The notes under the pieces: model-generated
The model's database searches: none
Told to the model about the DNA's origin: nothing
The model's input: the letters and a program-made list of their open reading frames with translations, nothing else
DNA from: a virus
Taxonomy: Duplodnaviria > Caudoviricetes
Length of the DNA stretch: 28,798 nt
Reading direction: 5' to 3' (one strand)
IMG/VR virus record: IMGVR_UViG_3300022666_000118
Coordinates: 1-28,798 of that record
Shown here: piece after piece, positions 19,457 to 26,729 of the stretch
Layout: each line of letters begins with the position of its first letter
Position numbering within the stretch: position 1 is the stretch's first letter
Position numbers and translations under genes: made by a program

Positions 19457-19640
19457 TGGCGGGTTTCTCGCGGACGACCCTGGTCATGGACTGTGAGACT
19501 TTGTCAACACGCCCCCCCTTCAGTTCGAGCTGTACCGATCCCCAGCCGCTATACTCGTGCACTGCCAGTAATGCTTCGGCTAATTCCTGTAGCTCTACCG
19601 GCGTCAGCAACCTGCTCAACAGATCTATCGCATCCGCCAT
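19437..19640 (-). CDS. Small protein, DUF2292/YezD-like; candidate late-gene regulator
   Basis: 67 aa; GWGSVQLELKGGRVDKV resembles the DUF2292 G-S-V-x-I-x-x-x-x-G-x-V pattern (recalled, not searched); has its own promoter. Confidence 0.6.
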   Translation of the reverse strand: MADAIDLLSRLLTPVELQELAEALLAVHEYSGWGSVQLELKGGRVDKVSQSMTRVVREKPAIERRAA

Positions 19641-19657
19641 AAAACCATCCTGGAATC

Positions 19658-19675
19658 ATTATAGCACGTGCGTTC
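19658..19675 (-). promoter_or_regulatory. Extended -10 promoter overlapped by a LexA-like box
   Basis: GGAACGCACGTGCTATAAT: GAAC-N4-GTGC (1 mismatch to GAAC-N4-GTTC) abutting TGnTATAAT. Confidence 0.6.
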
Positions 19676-19711
19676 CACGAACAGAATCCCTATTTAACCG
19701 GGCAAAAAAAA

Positions 19712-19891
19712 TCAACGTGCGCCGGCGCCAACTGGTTGCCGCTTGCCGCATGGGGCATGATGTACCCAGCGCTCGCCGATCCTGCGCCACTTCGGAGCGC
19801 CGCACCAGGTACAGACGCAGGTGCAGTCACGGTACAATTTTCCACACAGCACACACCGGCGCTGATTTTCCGGGACATGTTCAACAATCAT
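19712..19891 (-). CDS. Small Cys-rich (Zn-finger) protein
   Basis: 59 aa with CxxC...CxCxCxxC; ATGA overlap with the upstream ORF. Confidence 0.55.
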   Translation of the reverse strand: MIVEHVPENQRRCVLCGKLYRDCTCVCTWCGAPKWRRIGERWVHHAPCGKRQPVGAGAR

Positions 19892-20718
19892 AGCGGATCG
19901 CCGGCCTGACAATCTTGCGTGTCGAGGTGCGCCCCCGTTGCTGGCTCCGCAGCCGATTCCAACGTCCAGTGTTCCCCGGACTGGATCACCCGCATACGAC
20001 CGTTCACCTTGCTGCGCACGAATTGTCCAGGCTGCACGCTGGCGCCTGCCCTGCCCTGCCCCATCAGCAGCATCCGCATCTGCATGTTGCTCAGATACAC
20101 CCCCGTCCGCTCGCTCCCTGGGAGGGCCACCCAGTACACCATCCCTGCCGGCCAGTCCCCCGGCAGAAAAGGGAAGTTGCCTGGTTGCGCACCTCCTGCC
20201 GGATCGCCTGTTTCCGCGTTTGCGTCAGATGACGATTCTGCACGATCTTCCACCACGGGTTGAGCGGCCGCTTGCCGCCCGCCCCTCTTACGTTGCGCCA
20301 CGGCCTTTGCATCCCGGCGCCACTTCTCACGCTGGCATTCCGGGTTCTCACAGAGAAGCTTGCGCCGCGCCGTCAGCGGCGTCCCACATACTACACACCG
20401 TTTATCTTTGGCCGTCTCATCCGTTTTTACTGGTGTTTCGATCGAAACACCGGTCTTATCAGGTGCCTGTGTTTCGATCGAAACGCTCGCAGTCGGCGAG
20501 AAGATCGATGCGTCGGCGCCAGCGACAGGGTATTGGATCTCGCCCGGAAACATGCACGCCAGACTGCGCAGCACCCCGGCCACCGGCCCACTATCGTCAA
20601 TGCGCAGCCTGCGCAAACGAACCTCGGTCGCGCTCATATCGATATTGGCCGCCTCGCAGATGCGGCTGATCGATTGCTCCAGGGCTTCCTGGTTTGCTCC
20701 CATCAGTAGAATATCCAT
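19888..20718 (-). CDS. Hypothetical protein with CxxC...C-x4-C Zn finger
   Basis: 276 aa, starts 1 nt after the ParB stop; CVVCG...CENPEC followed by a basic helix; carries two VSIET (parS-like) motifs. Confidence 0.75.
   Translation of the reverse strand: MDILLMGANQEALEQSISRICEAANIDMSATEVRLRRLRIDDSGPVAGVLRSLACMFPGEIQYPVAGADASIFSPTASVSIETQAPDKTGVSIETPVKTDETAKDKRCVVCGTPLTARRKLLCENPECQREKWRRDAKAVAQRKRGGRQAAAQPVVEDRAESSSDANAETGDPAGGAQPGNFPFLPGDWPAGMVYWVALPGSERTGVYLSNMQMRMLLMGQGRAGASVQPGQFVRSKVNGRMRVIQSGEHWTLESAAEPATGAHLDTQDCQAGDPL
20434..20449. promoter_or_regulatory. parS-like palindrome 2 (TGTTTCGATCGAAACA)
   Basis: Perfect palindrome extending to 20 bp (20432-20451). Confidence 0.75.
20470..20485. 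promoter_or_regulatory. parS-like palindrome 3 (TGTTTCGATCGAAACG)
   Basis: 15/16 match, starting 36 bp from copy 2. Confidence 0.72.
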
Positions 20719-20719
20719 G

Positions 20720-22702
20720 TCATAACTCCATCAGTTCTGTGTCGTTCTCATCCAGAGATGGCGTAACCTCCCAACCGCAGTGCGGACAGCAGGTCATCTC
20801 GTGTGGGATAATCTCGCCGCACAGATCGCAGGTGTAACCGTCTGCCGGCTCCTCAGACCAAATTTCTGACAGTGTCATACCATCCTCCCCTTCGTAGGAC
20901 TCTTGATCTTGCACTGTTTCGATCGCAACACCTGGCGTTTCTGGCTGCACAGACACCGCCAGAGCTTCAGCCATCGACGCCGGCGTATCCGCATCATCGT
21001 CCTCGAACGGGTCTAATCCGGATTCGATCAACAGCCGGTTATACGTGTTCCTCGCGCTCAACATAGTGCCGCCATCGTCCGGGTTATACACGTGGCGAGC
21101 CAACGCGCCGGCAATCCAGCGCCATAAATCATCTACCAGGTCAATCCGGCTTCCATCCCGCCAGTTATCTGGCGGTTTCGCCGCTGACCGCGCCGAATAA
21201 TGCACCTGACAGGCGACGCTCCACCAGGTCATCGGGTTGAACTCGCGCATACCCTTCGCCAGGCGATTGGTTGCATCTTCGTACATCGCCCGGATTTCGG
21301 CCAGTTCTTGCCGCCGCGCCTCGCGCAGCTGCCGATTCTGCTCTTTGAGATACTCTTCGCTGATCTGAACCGAAGCCTGCTGTTCGACCGAGTGTCCGCC
21401 ATCGATCTCGTTTGTAGCGCCGCTGGCTGCATCCATTTCCCGGCTGATCGGCGCCGGGGCAGGCGCCACAATATTCATGCCGGCATCGGATGCCTTCTGA
21501 CAGGTGCATACGTTATGACGCCGGCAGACAATGCGGGCATGCTCAAAACCCTCTGCCTTTAACGTATCCCCGTCAGACGCACTGGCATCTCCCAGCCATA
21601 CCAGCACCAGATTCGGACACCGCCCCGCCCGGGCATGTTCCAGGGCTTCGTGGGGCTCCGATTTCCACGAAGCGAATGTCGTGTACGCCGTGCTGTACCG
21701 GTCAAAAATCTTATCCTCGCTGGCCACCGGAATGCCGCTGATCTCGCTGGCCTGCTCCAGATAACGCAGGATATACGCCCTACGTTTGGCATGATAGCAC
21801 TTGGACGCCAGGCAGAAAATTTTGTTGCCAGAGCGCAACAGATTCGGGCAGCCCTTGCACGGCCCCAGGACACCGTCGCCGGTCAGCGTATTATCGTCAT
21901 GCTTCCACAACGTCCCAGATGTGATATCTTTGCCAAAGATCAGCGGAATTTGGCCGACCCGTTTCAGGCACCCATCGCCGGTATCCTCCCCGCTCAACGC
22001 ATCCTGCAGAATGGCAGATGGTTTGATATCTCTGTCCCAGTGACCCTCTGCCTTGTCGCGCAGTTCTGCCGGCAGATCGACGAGCGCCAATAGCGCCCGC
22101 ACAGCAGATTCGTTCACGTTCGGGCTAACCTGCTCCTGAATATCCGCAGGCAGTTCCAGCAAACGAATCTTGCCGCGCACGGTGCTGCCAGATACCCCAA
22201 ACAGCGCACCAACCTCTTCCGATGTGCGGTTGAATTCCTGTTGATAACGCTGCATGGCCCGCGCCTCTTCCAGCACGGTCAGATTCTTGCGGGCGATGTT
22301 TTCCCCCACCGCCCAGCGGAACATCTGTTCTTTTTCGATGTCCTGCACATTGACCGTCATACGCTCGAAACCACGGTTGCCGGTGTCACGCAAAAACTCA
22401 AACGCCGCCAACCGGCTGTGACCGAAGGCCAGCTGCACCCGGCAGCCACTGGCAAAGATATCGTCCCACAGCCGGTTAGAATCTGCGGTGATCGCCTTCG
22501 CGCCAGCGCGGGAAAACGTCTCCAACACCGAGACCGGCCACCAGCCGTTGGCGTCGCCGGATACCAGCCGCCCGGCCGGCGCCTGCATCAGACCATTTTC
22601 GCCGATGCTCATGGCCAGCGCCTTGATGTGCTCCGGGTTCTCGCTCGTGCGCGGCTGATACGGATTCGCAATGATGAATTCCAGCGGTACCTCAACCAAC
22701 AT
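20720..22702 (-). CDS. parB: ParB/RepB/Spo0J-family protein with HTH and Cys-rich C-terminal domains
   Basis: ATG 22702 after GAGGTG; NPYQPR, SI...G..Q, GHSR, ENIARKNL..LEEA, HTH (TSEEVGALFGVSGSTVRGKIRLLELP), CxxC..C..C cluster and terminal Zn ribbon; 660 aa. Confidence 0.9.
   Translation of the reverse strand: MLVEVPLEFIIANPYQPRTSENPEHIKALAMSIGENGLMQAPAGRLVSGDANGWWPVSVLETFSRAGAKAITADSNRLWDDIFASGCRVQLAFGHSRLAAFEFLRDTGNRGFERMTVNVQDIEKEQMFRWAVGENIARKNLTVLEEARAMQRYQQEFNRTSEEVGALFGVSGSTVRGKIRLLELPADIQEQVSPNVNESAVRALLALVDLPAELRDKAEGHWDRDIKPSAILQDALSGEDTGDGCLKRVGQIPLIFGKDITSGTLWKHDDNTLTGDGVLGPCKGCPNLLRSGNKIFCLASKCYHAKRRAYILRYLEQASEISGIPVASEDKIFDRYSTAYTTFASWKSEPHEALEHARAGRCPNLVLVWLGDASASDGDTLKAEGFEHARIVCRRHNVCTCQKASDAGMNIVAPAPAPISREMDAASGATNEIDGGHSVEQQASVQISEEYLKEQNRQLREARRQELAEIRAMYEDATNRLAKGMREFNPMTWWSVACQVHYSARSAAKPPDNWRDGSRIDLVDDLWRWIAGALARHVYNPDDGGTMLSARNTYNRLLIESGLDPFEDDDADTPASMAEALAVSVQPETPGVAIETVQDQESYEGEDGMTLSEIWSEEPADGYTCDLCGEIIPHEMTCCPHCGWEVTPSLDENDTELMEL
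20915..20930. promoter_or_regulatory. parS-like palindrome 4 (TGTTTCGATCGCAACA), inside parB
   Basis: 15/16 match. Confidence 0.68.
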
Positions 22703-22703
22703 A

Positions 22704-22925
22704 TTACACCTCGCTTTCCCCCTGAGGGATGCACACATCCCCCAGGCGACCAAATGCTGTCCGCAAATCCTGACGCTGCAATACCCTGCCAGACAATTGC
22801 GATATCCAGCGGATAAACTCTTCCGCATCCTGTCGGGTCTGGAACTGAATAGCGATCCGCCCGTCAATGCTCACGGCCCAGTCCCGGGGCCCAATCGGTA
22901 TGATCTTGATTTCGTCAAATTCCAT
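22704..22925 (-). CDS. Hypothetical protein
   Basis: 73 aa, fills the gap between neighbours, AGGTG RBS. Confidence 0.6.
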   Translation of the reverse strand: MEFDEIKIIPIGPRDWAVSIDGRIAIQFQTRQDAEEFIRWISQLSGRVLQRQDLRTAFGRLGDVCIPQGESEV

Positions 22926-22940
22926 ATCGCACCTGGTTGT

Positions 22941-23396
22941 CTATCCAGACTCACGGCATACAGACCAGACCACCCAACCTTCAATCGCGATATGGCGCTG
23001 TACCAGGTGCACGTGCACCCAGCGCACGCCGTTCACGCCGGCCTCCAGACCGGTCAATGTCGCCTGCTCTCCCGTCGCAGCGCTGCCAACGACCAGCCCG
23101 GAAGCCGGGCCAGACAGCAGCAGCACATCCCCGCGGCCGCGGCTGTCTATCGTACAGGAACGCAGGGGGTCTGCGGTAGCCGTTCTCTGGCGTTGCAGTA
23201 GATCGTCCCATTCTGCCGGCGTCATTGTACTGACCTCTGGTGTAGTCAGCGCCCCGGCCTGAACCGGGGCGCTGCAACCGCTGCACACAGAGAGCACACA
23301 ACAAGCCGCCATCAGCACAATGACCGTGGCTGCAATACTGGCTGCCTTATGAGACAAATTGAATGTCCGCAATGGATGTGTGCGCCGCCTGCTCAT
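22941..23396 (-). CDS. Membrane/lipoprotein with SH3b-like C-terminal domain
   Basis: Basic N-terminus, TM segment, lipobox-like CSGC; L.SGP....V.....G....V....W..V.......GWV pattern. Confidence 0.6.
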   Translation of the reverse strand: MSRRRTHPLRTFNLSHKAASIAATVIVLMAACCVLSVCSGCSAPVQAGALTTPEVSTMTPAEWDDLLQRQRTATADPLRSCTIDSRGRGDVLLLSGPASGLVVGSAATGEQATLTGLEAGVNGVRWVHVHLVQRHIAIEGWVVWSVCRESG

Positions 23397-23856
23397 TTAC
23401 CCACCTCCGCATCTGTTCCAAACCAACATGCTCACGCTCCAGCATCTCGGCCAGCGTCAGCGTCTGCCGGCCGCTCGCCCCACCGTCCTGCCCGGACTCC
23501 TTACGCCACAGCCACGCCAGACGTTGCAGCGCCGGCCTGACCGGCCGGATATCGCCGACGTATACGCGCCGGATCTCCAGATCGAACACCAGGCATTGCC
23601 GCGCCGGATTTTCCGATCCGCCCAGATCATACCGGCGAAATACCGGATCATATCCCAGATAGGTCAGGTACGGGCGCCAGCAGCCATCCTGGCAGATCAC
23701 GCCATCCCATAGCACGAGTTTGTCTCCCGCCCACTCCCACCACGCCGCCAGATAGCGGCGCGGGTACCAGTATCCGAAGGACGCCTCCAGGCAGTCTGGC
23801 ACCAACAGGTCTAACGGCTCCAGCACCTGCATCAGAGCATCAATGTCCGGCAACAT
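23347..23856 (-). CDS. Hypothetical Trp/Tyr-rich protein
   Basis: Start MLPDID after GGAGG; 169 aa; LE..FGY, Y.LG.SE..A..CLVFD motifs look protein-like. Confidence 0.7.
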   Translation of the reverse strand: MLPDIDALMQVLEPLDLLVPDCLEASFGYWYPRRYLAAWWEWAGDKLVLWDGVICQDGCWRPYLTYLGYDPVFRRYDLGGSENPARQCLVFDLEIRRVYVGDIRPVRPALQRLAWLWRKESGQDGGASGRQTLTLAEMLEREHVGLEQMRRWVNEQAAHTSIADIQFVS

Positions 23857-24247
23857 TCTCGCCCCCTCCCTGTCCCCGTTGGACCGTGTCCCGCCCCGGC
23901 AGATCGCCGTCTGCCATGCCCGCCGCACGCATCTGCACCAGCGCTTCCAACGCCCGCCGTTCGGCTTCCAGGCCCTGGATACGCGCCGCCGCAAACAGCT
24001 TATCCTCGGTCAGCGCCGCCAGCCGCTGGGTCATCTCTGCCATCTGGCCATCCGTAGCAAAGGTGATCTCCTGCGCCGTGCGGCGCTTATCCTCGCTGCT
24101 CCCCGGCCACCCCTCCGGCGGGGTAATCATCCGCTTGCGCCCGGCAATCAGCCGCTCTTCGTCCAGAATGGCGGCAGTCAACGCCGCCATTTCTTCGTAC
24201 GCTGCGGCCAGGTCTGCCGCCACAGCCAAAAATCGATTCGCACTCAT
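23840..24247 (-). CDS. Hypothetical coiled-coil protein
   Basis: 135 aa, ATGA overlap, GGAGG RBS; G.SEDKR motif. Confidence 0.75.
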   Translation of the reverse strand: MSANRFLAVAADLAAAYEEMAALTAAILDEERLIAGRKRMITPPEGWPGSSEDKRRTAQEITFATDGQMAEMTQRLAALTEDKLFAAARIQGLEAERRALEALVQMRAAGMADGDLPGRDTVQRGQGGGENVAGH

Positions 24248-25602
24248 GCAGCACCTCCTTCAACCGGCAACTCCAATTGTCCATTTTCCACTTGCGCCGC
24301 CCGGTACACAGCCCGGGCCTCAATCGCCGACTCTTCGCTCGGATGCCATTCCCCTCCGGTATCCTGGTACGGCCGGATCCAACCCTTGAGCATCGCCAGC
24401 ACCATCTCATCCGGGACATCCCGCATGTGGCCGTGACCGGTCAGGTATTTCAGCACCGTGTACCGCGCCCCGTCCAGTGCAACTGCATCCTGCGATGGCG
24501 CCCAGAGCGCACGGTTCAACAGACCGATCAACCCGCCGCGCTGCGTACCGGTCGCACGCTGCCCGGCCATCCGCTGCGCAGCCAGTTGCAGCCGGCGCCT
24601 CAACACCCCCGGGCCGTAGGGCCTGGCGTCCGGCATCCCTTCCACCGGCGGCGGCACCTGGGCAGGTGTTTCGATCGAAACACCCGACGCCGCCGGCGCA
24701 TCGATCACGCCGTCGCCTTCCTCCGGGTCGTCATCGTCATCCTCTTCCGGGTTCGGCGCTCCAACCCCCAGGGGCGGGGTCATCACCGGCGTGCTGCCAC
24801 CCGCAGCCGGCAGCGCCGGCAGGGTCGTACCGCTGTCCAGCCCAGACCGCAACCTGTCCATCCGGTCGGCCACCCAGGCCGGATCGATCTCGATGTAGAC
24901 CAGCCACTTGGAGGTCATGGTCACCGTCCCGTCGTCGTGCGACCAGGGAATATCGGTCGCCTTGCGATAGATCATGATCGGGATGCCGCCGCAATTCCCG
25001 CCGCTCAGCACGTCGGCAAACGCCTGGATGGCCGCCAGATTGCCCTCCCAGTTCACACAGTCATAGAAGGACGTCGTCTTCAAGATAAAATGCACCAGCC
25101 GCACAGATCCGGGCCGAATCGTGTACGGCAGCACCAGTTTCAGCCGGCCATGCGGTTTGAACTTGAGCACATACGGCTTGCCGTTGCGCTCGTAGCTGAT
25201 CGTGTCCCCTGGGGCCCACGGCTTGTATGGCTCCCCGTTGCGCACCAGGTACTCGCCCGTCAACGGATCGCGCAGCGTCAGGTAATGATCCCCGTCCGCC
25301 TGGGCAACCATACGGCCATTCATGTACGCCTCGTTGTGCGCCCGCAGGCAGTCCTGCGCCCGCCGGAACGGCAGAATGGCGCTGATAATCTCCGGCTCCA
25401 GCGAGCCGTACGCCTGAATGAACCCGTCTCTCAGGTCATCCGTACCCGGATGGAACGCCACCCGGAAGCGCCCGCCCAGGTCTGGCCCAACGACATCAAT
25501 ATCCCGGCCATCCCGCTTAACCCGGCGCTTCGCTTCGCCCTTGCAGATCTTCGCGACCGTTGGAAACAACAATTCCTGTTGTAGCGTTTTGATGATTGGC
25601 AT
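24244..25602 (-). CDS. Gp3-like / recombination-directionality-factor-like protein
   Basis: MPI..L.....FP....I.KG N-terminus, GRLKLVLP, TTS..D and G.P....R motifs; acidic linker and a second domain; AGGAGG RBS. Confidence 0.65.
   Translation of the reverse strand: MPIIKTLQQELLFPTVAKICKGEAKRRVKRDGRDIDVVGPDLGGRFRVAFHPGTDDLRDGFIQAYGSLEPEIISAILPFRRAQDCLRAHNEAYMNGRMVAQADGDHYLTLRDPLTGEYLVRNGEPYKPWAPGDTISYERNGKPYVLKFKPHGRLKLVLPYTIRPGSVRLVHFILKTTSFYDCVNWEGNLAAIQAFADVLSGGNCGGIPIMIYRKATDIPWSHDDGTVTMTSKWLVYIEIDPAWVADRMDRLRSGLDSGTTLPALPAAGGSTPVMTPPLGVGAPNPEEDDDDDPEEGDGVIDAPAASGVSIETPAQVPPPVEGMPDARPYGPGVLRRRLQLAAQRMAGQRATGTQRGGLIGLLNRALWAPSQDAVALDGARYTVLKYLTGHGHMRDVPDEMVLAMLKGWIRPYQDTGGEWHPSEESAIEARAVYRAAQVENGQLELPVEGGAA
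24667..24682. promoter_or_regulatory. parS-like palindrome 5 (TGTTTCGATCGAAACA)
   Basis: Perfect 20-bp palindrome 24665-24684, identical to copy 2. Confidence 0.75.
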
Positions 25603-25611
25603 GGTTTCCTC

Positions 25612-25902
25612 CTAGAACCCCAGTTCGCTCAAAATCTGTTTCTCGCTCTTCGGCGCCGGCGCCGGCAGCAGGCCGGCCTCGGTCAACACCTGGCGCACTT
25701 CCCGCTCTTCGGCTGCCCCCTCCACCCGGCGCAGTTCCACCGTGCTCTTACGCACGAACCCGTTGCACGGGCAGCCCTCGGTGGTGCAGCGCACGTCCGT
25801 TTTGCCGCTGGCCCGATCATTCACCCCCACCAGGTGGCCAAAGCAGTCCGAACACACATACCGGCGCACCGTCCGTTCTGCATCCTCATGATCCAGTTTC
25901 AT
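25612..25902 (-). CDS. Small Zn-finger protein
   Basis: 96 aa, CSDC...C-x4-C; ends ILSELGF; GGAGG RBS and ATGA overlap. Confidence 0.75.
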   Translation of the reverse strand: MKLDHEDAERTVRRYVCSDCFGHLVGVNDRASGKTDVRCTTEGCPCNGFVRKSTVELRRVEGAAEEREVRQVLTEAGLLPAPAPKSEKQILSELGF

Positions 25903-26126
25903 ACCCGCCCCTCCAGTCGCTCGCTCAGCGCACACTCCGTGCACAACACATCATTTGCCGGCGCCGGCCGGCTGTGACAGCACAGGCACACCGTGCGCTC
26001 TTCCGGCTCAAACTGCCCGCTGGGGTCTACCACAACCATCACCGGTGTGGTACAATACCCCATGACGTTAGAGATTTTCCGCCGGCCTGCTCGTAACAGG
26101 ACGGCGGAACGATTTAAACCGCTCAT
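25899..26126 (-). CDS. Small Cys-rich protein
   Basis: GGAGG RBS; CLCC...CTEC; start uncertain. Confidence 0.5.
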   Translation of the reverse strand: MSGLNRSAVLLRAGRRKISNVMGYCTTPVMVVVDPSGQFEPEERTVCLCCHSRPAPANDVLCTECALSERLEGRV

Positions 26127-26153
26127 AGACGCCTCCATCGATCGATTAGATTT

Positions 26154-26165
26154 GAAAATATGTTC
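26154..26165. promoter_or_regulatory. LexA-like box
   Basis: GAAAATATGTTC (1 mismatch to GAAC-N4-GTTC) in AT-rich DNA between a terminator and the next RBS, next to TTGCAA. Confidence 0.45.
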
Positions 26166-26183
26166 TATTATTGCAATAAATTC

Positions 26184-26211
26184 GAAGGCCCCGGCAAAAA
26201 CCGGGGCCTTC
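26184..26211 (-). terminator. Hairpin/terminator downstream of tRNA-Ala
   Basis: Perfect 11-bp stem GAAGGCCCCGG/CCGGGGCCTTC; weak U-tract. Confidence 0.65.
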
Positions 26212-26253
26212 TTACAGGGGAGGAGGGAGGAGAAATACCCGCGCTCGGGCGTG

Positions 26254-26324
26254 TGGATCGGCCGGGACTCGAACCCGGATCGTCGAAATGCAAATCCGAC
26301 GTGCTCCCATTACACCACCGACCC
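26254..26324 (-). tRNA. tRNA-Ala(UGC)
   Basis: GGGTCGG/CCGATCC acceptor with G3:U70 and A73; D arm GTGT/GCAC; anticodon loop TTTGCAT; T arm CCGGG-TTCGAGT-CCCGG; 71 nt, CCA not encoded. Confidence 0.92.
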
Positions 26325-26729
26325 ATTGACCCGCCGTGACCGGCGGCGGGTCTGCCATCCGCACACTGGGTGCTGCCGTCTCTCCGGCATGCCGCGCCAT
26401 ATTCTTAGCCCAGATTTCAGCGTTCGGGCCGTGCCGGTCTCTCCCGGCTGTCACGACAGGTTTGGCCGTCGTTCGCCGCCAGCCATAGGGCTGCCGGCAA
26501 CTACCTGAAAACATCATAAAAATGACCGCGCCGCCGATCATCTCGTTGCTGAATACCCATCCCGAACGGCGCAGCCTGATTCGCAATTTCACCACGTCCA
26601 GCCTCCAGGCTTCCTGTGCGAGCCGTCGCCGCTCGGGCGAGGGTCAGGTCAGGCGTAGTGAGGATGTACACGGGCCGGCGCTGGTTCACACAGCCCCTCG
26701 GGGTTCGTCTGCCCCCGGGCCCGCGATTG

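Noticed and set aside
20432-20485. Palindromic repeats 36 bp apart read as a mini-CRISPR array
   Set aside because: Only two adjacent 16-bp copies with a 20-nt gap, inside an ORF, other copies dispersed, no cas genes; parS-like sites explain them better
26190-26253. HDV-like (theta) ribozyme at the tRNA 3' end
   Set aside because: CUCC tract present, but I could not build the P1/P2/P3 nested pseudoknot
26212-26595. 127-aa minus-strand ORF
   Set aside because: Runs through the tRNA-Ala gene and hairpin-rich RNA; no protein-like features
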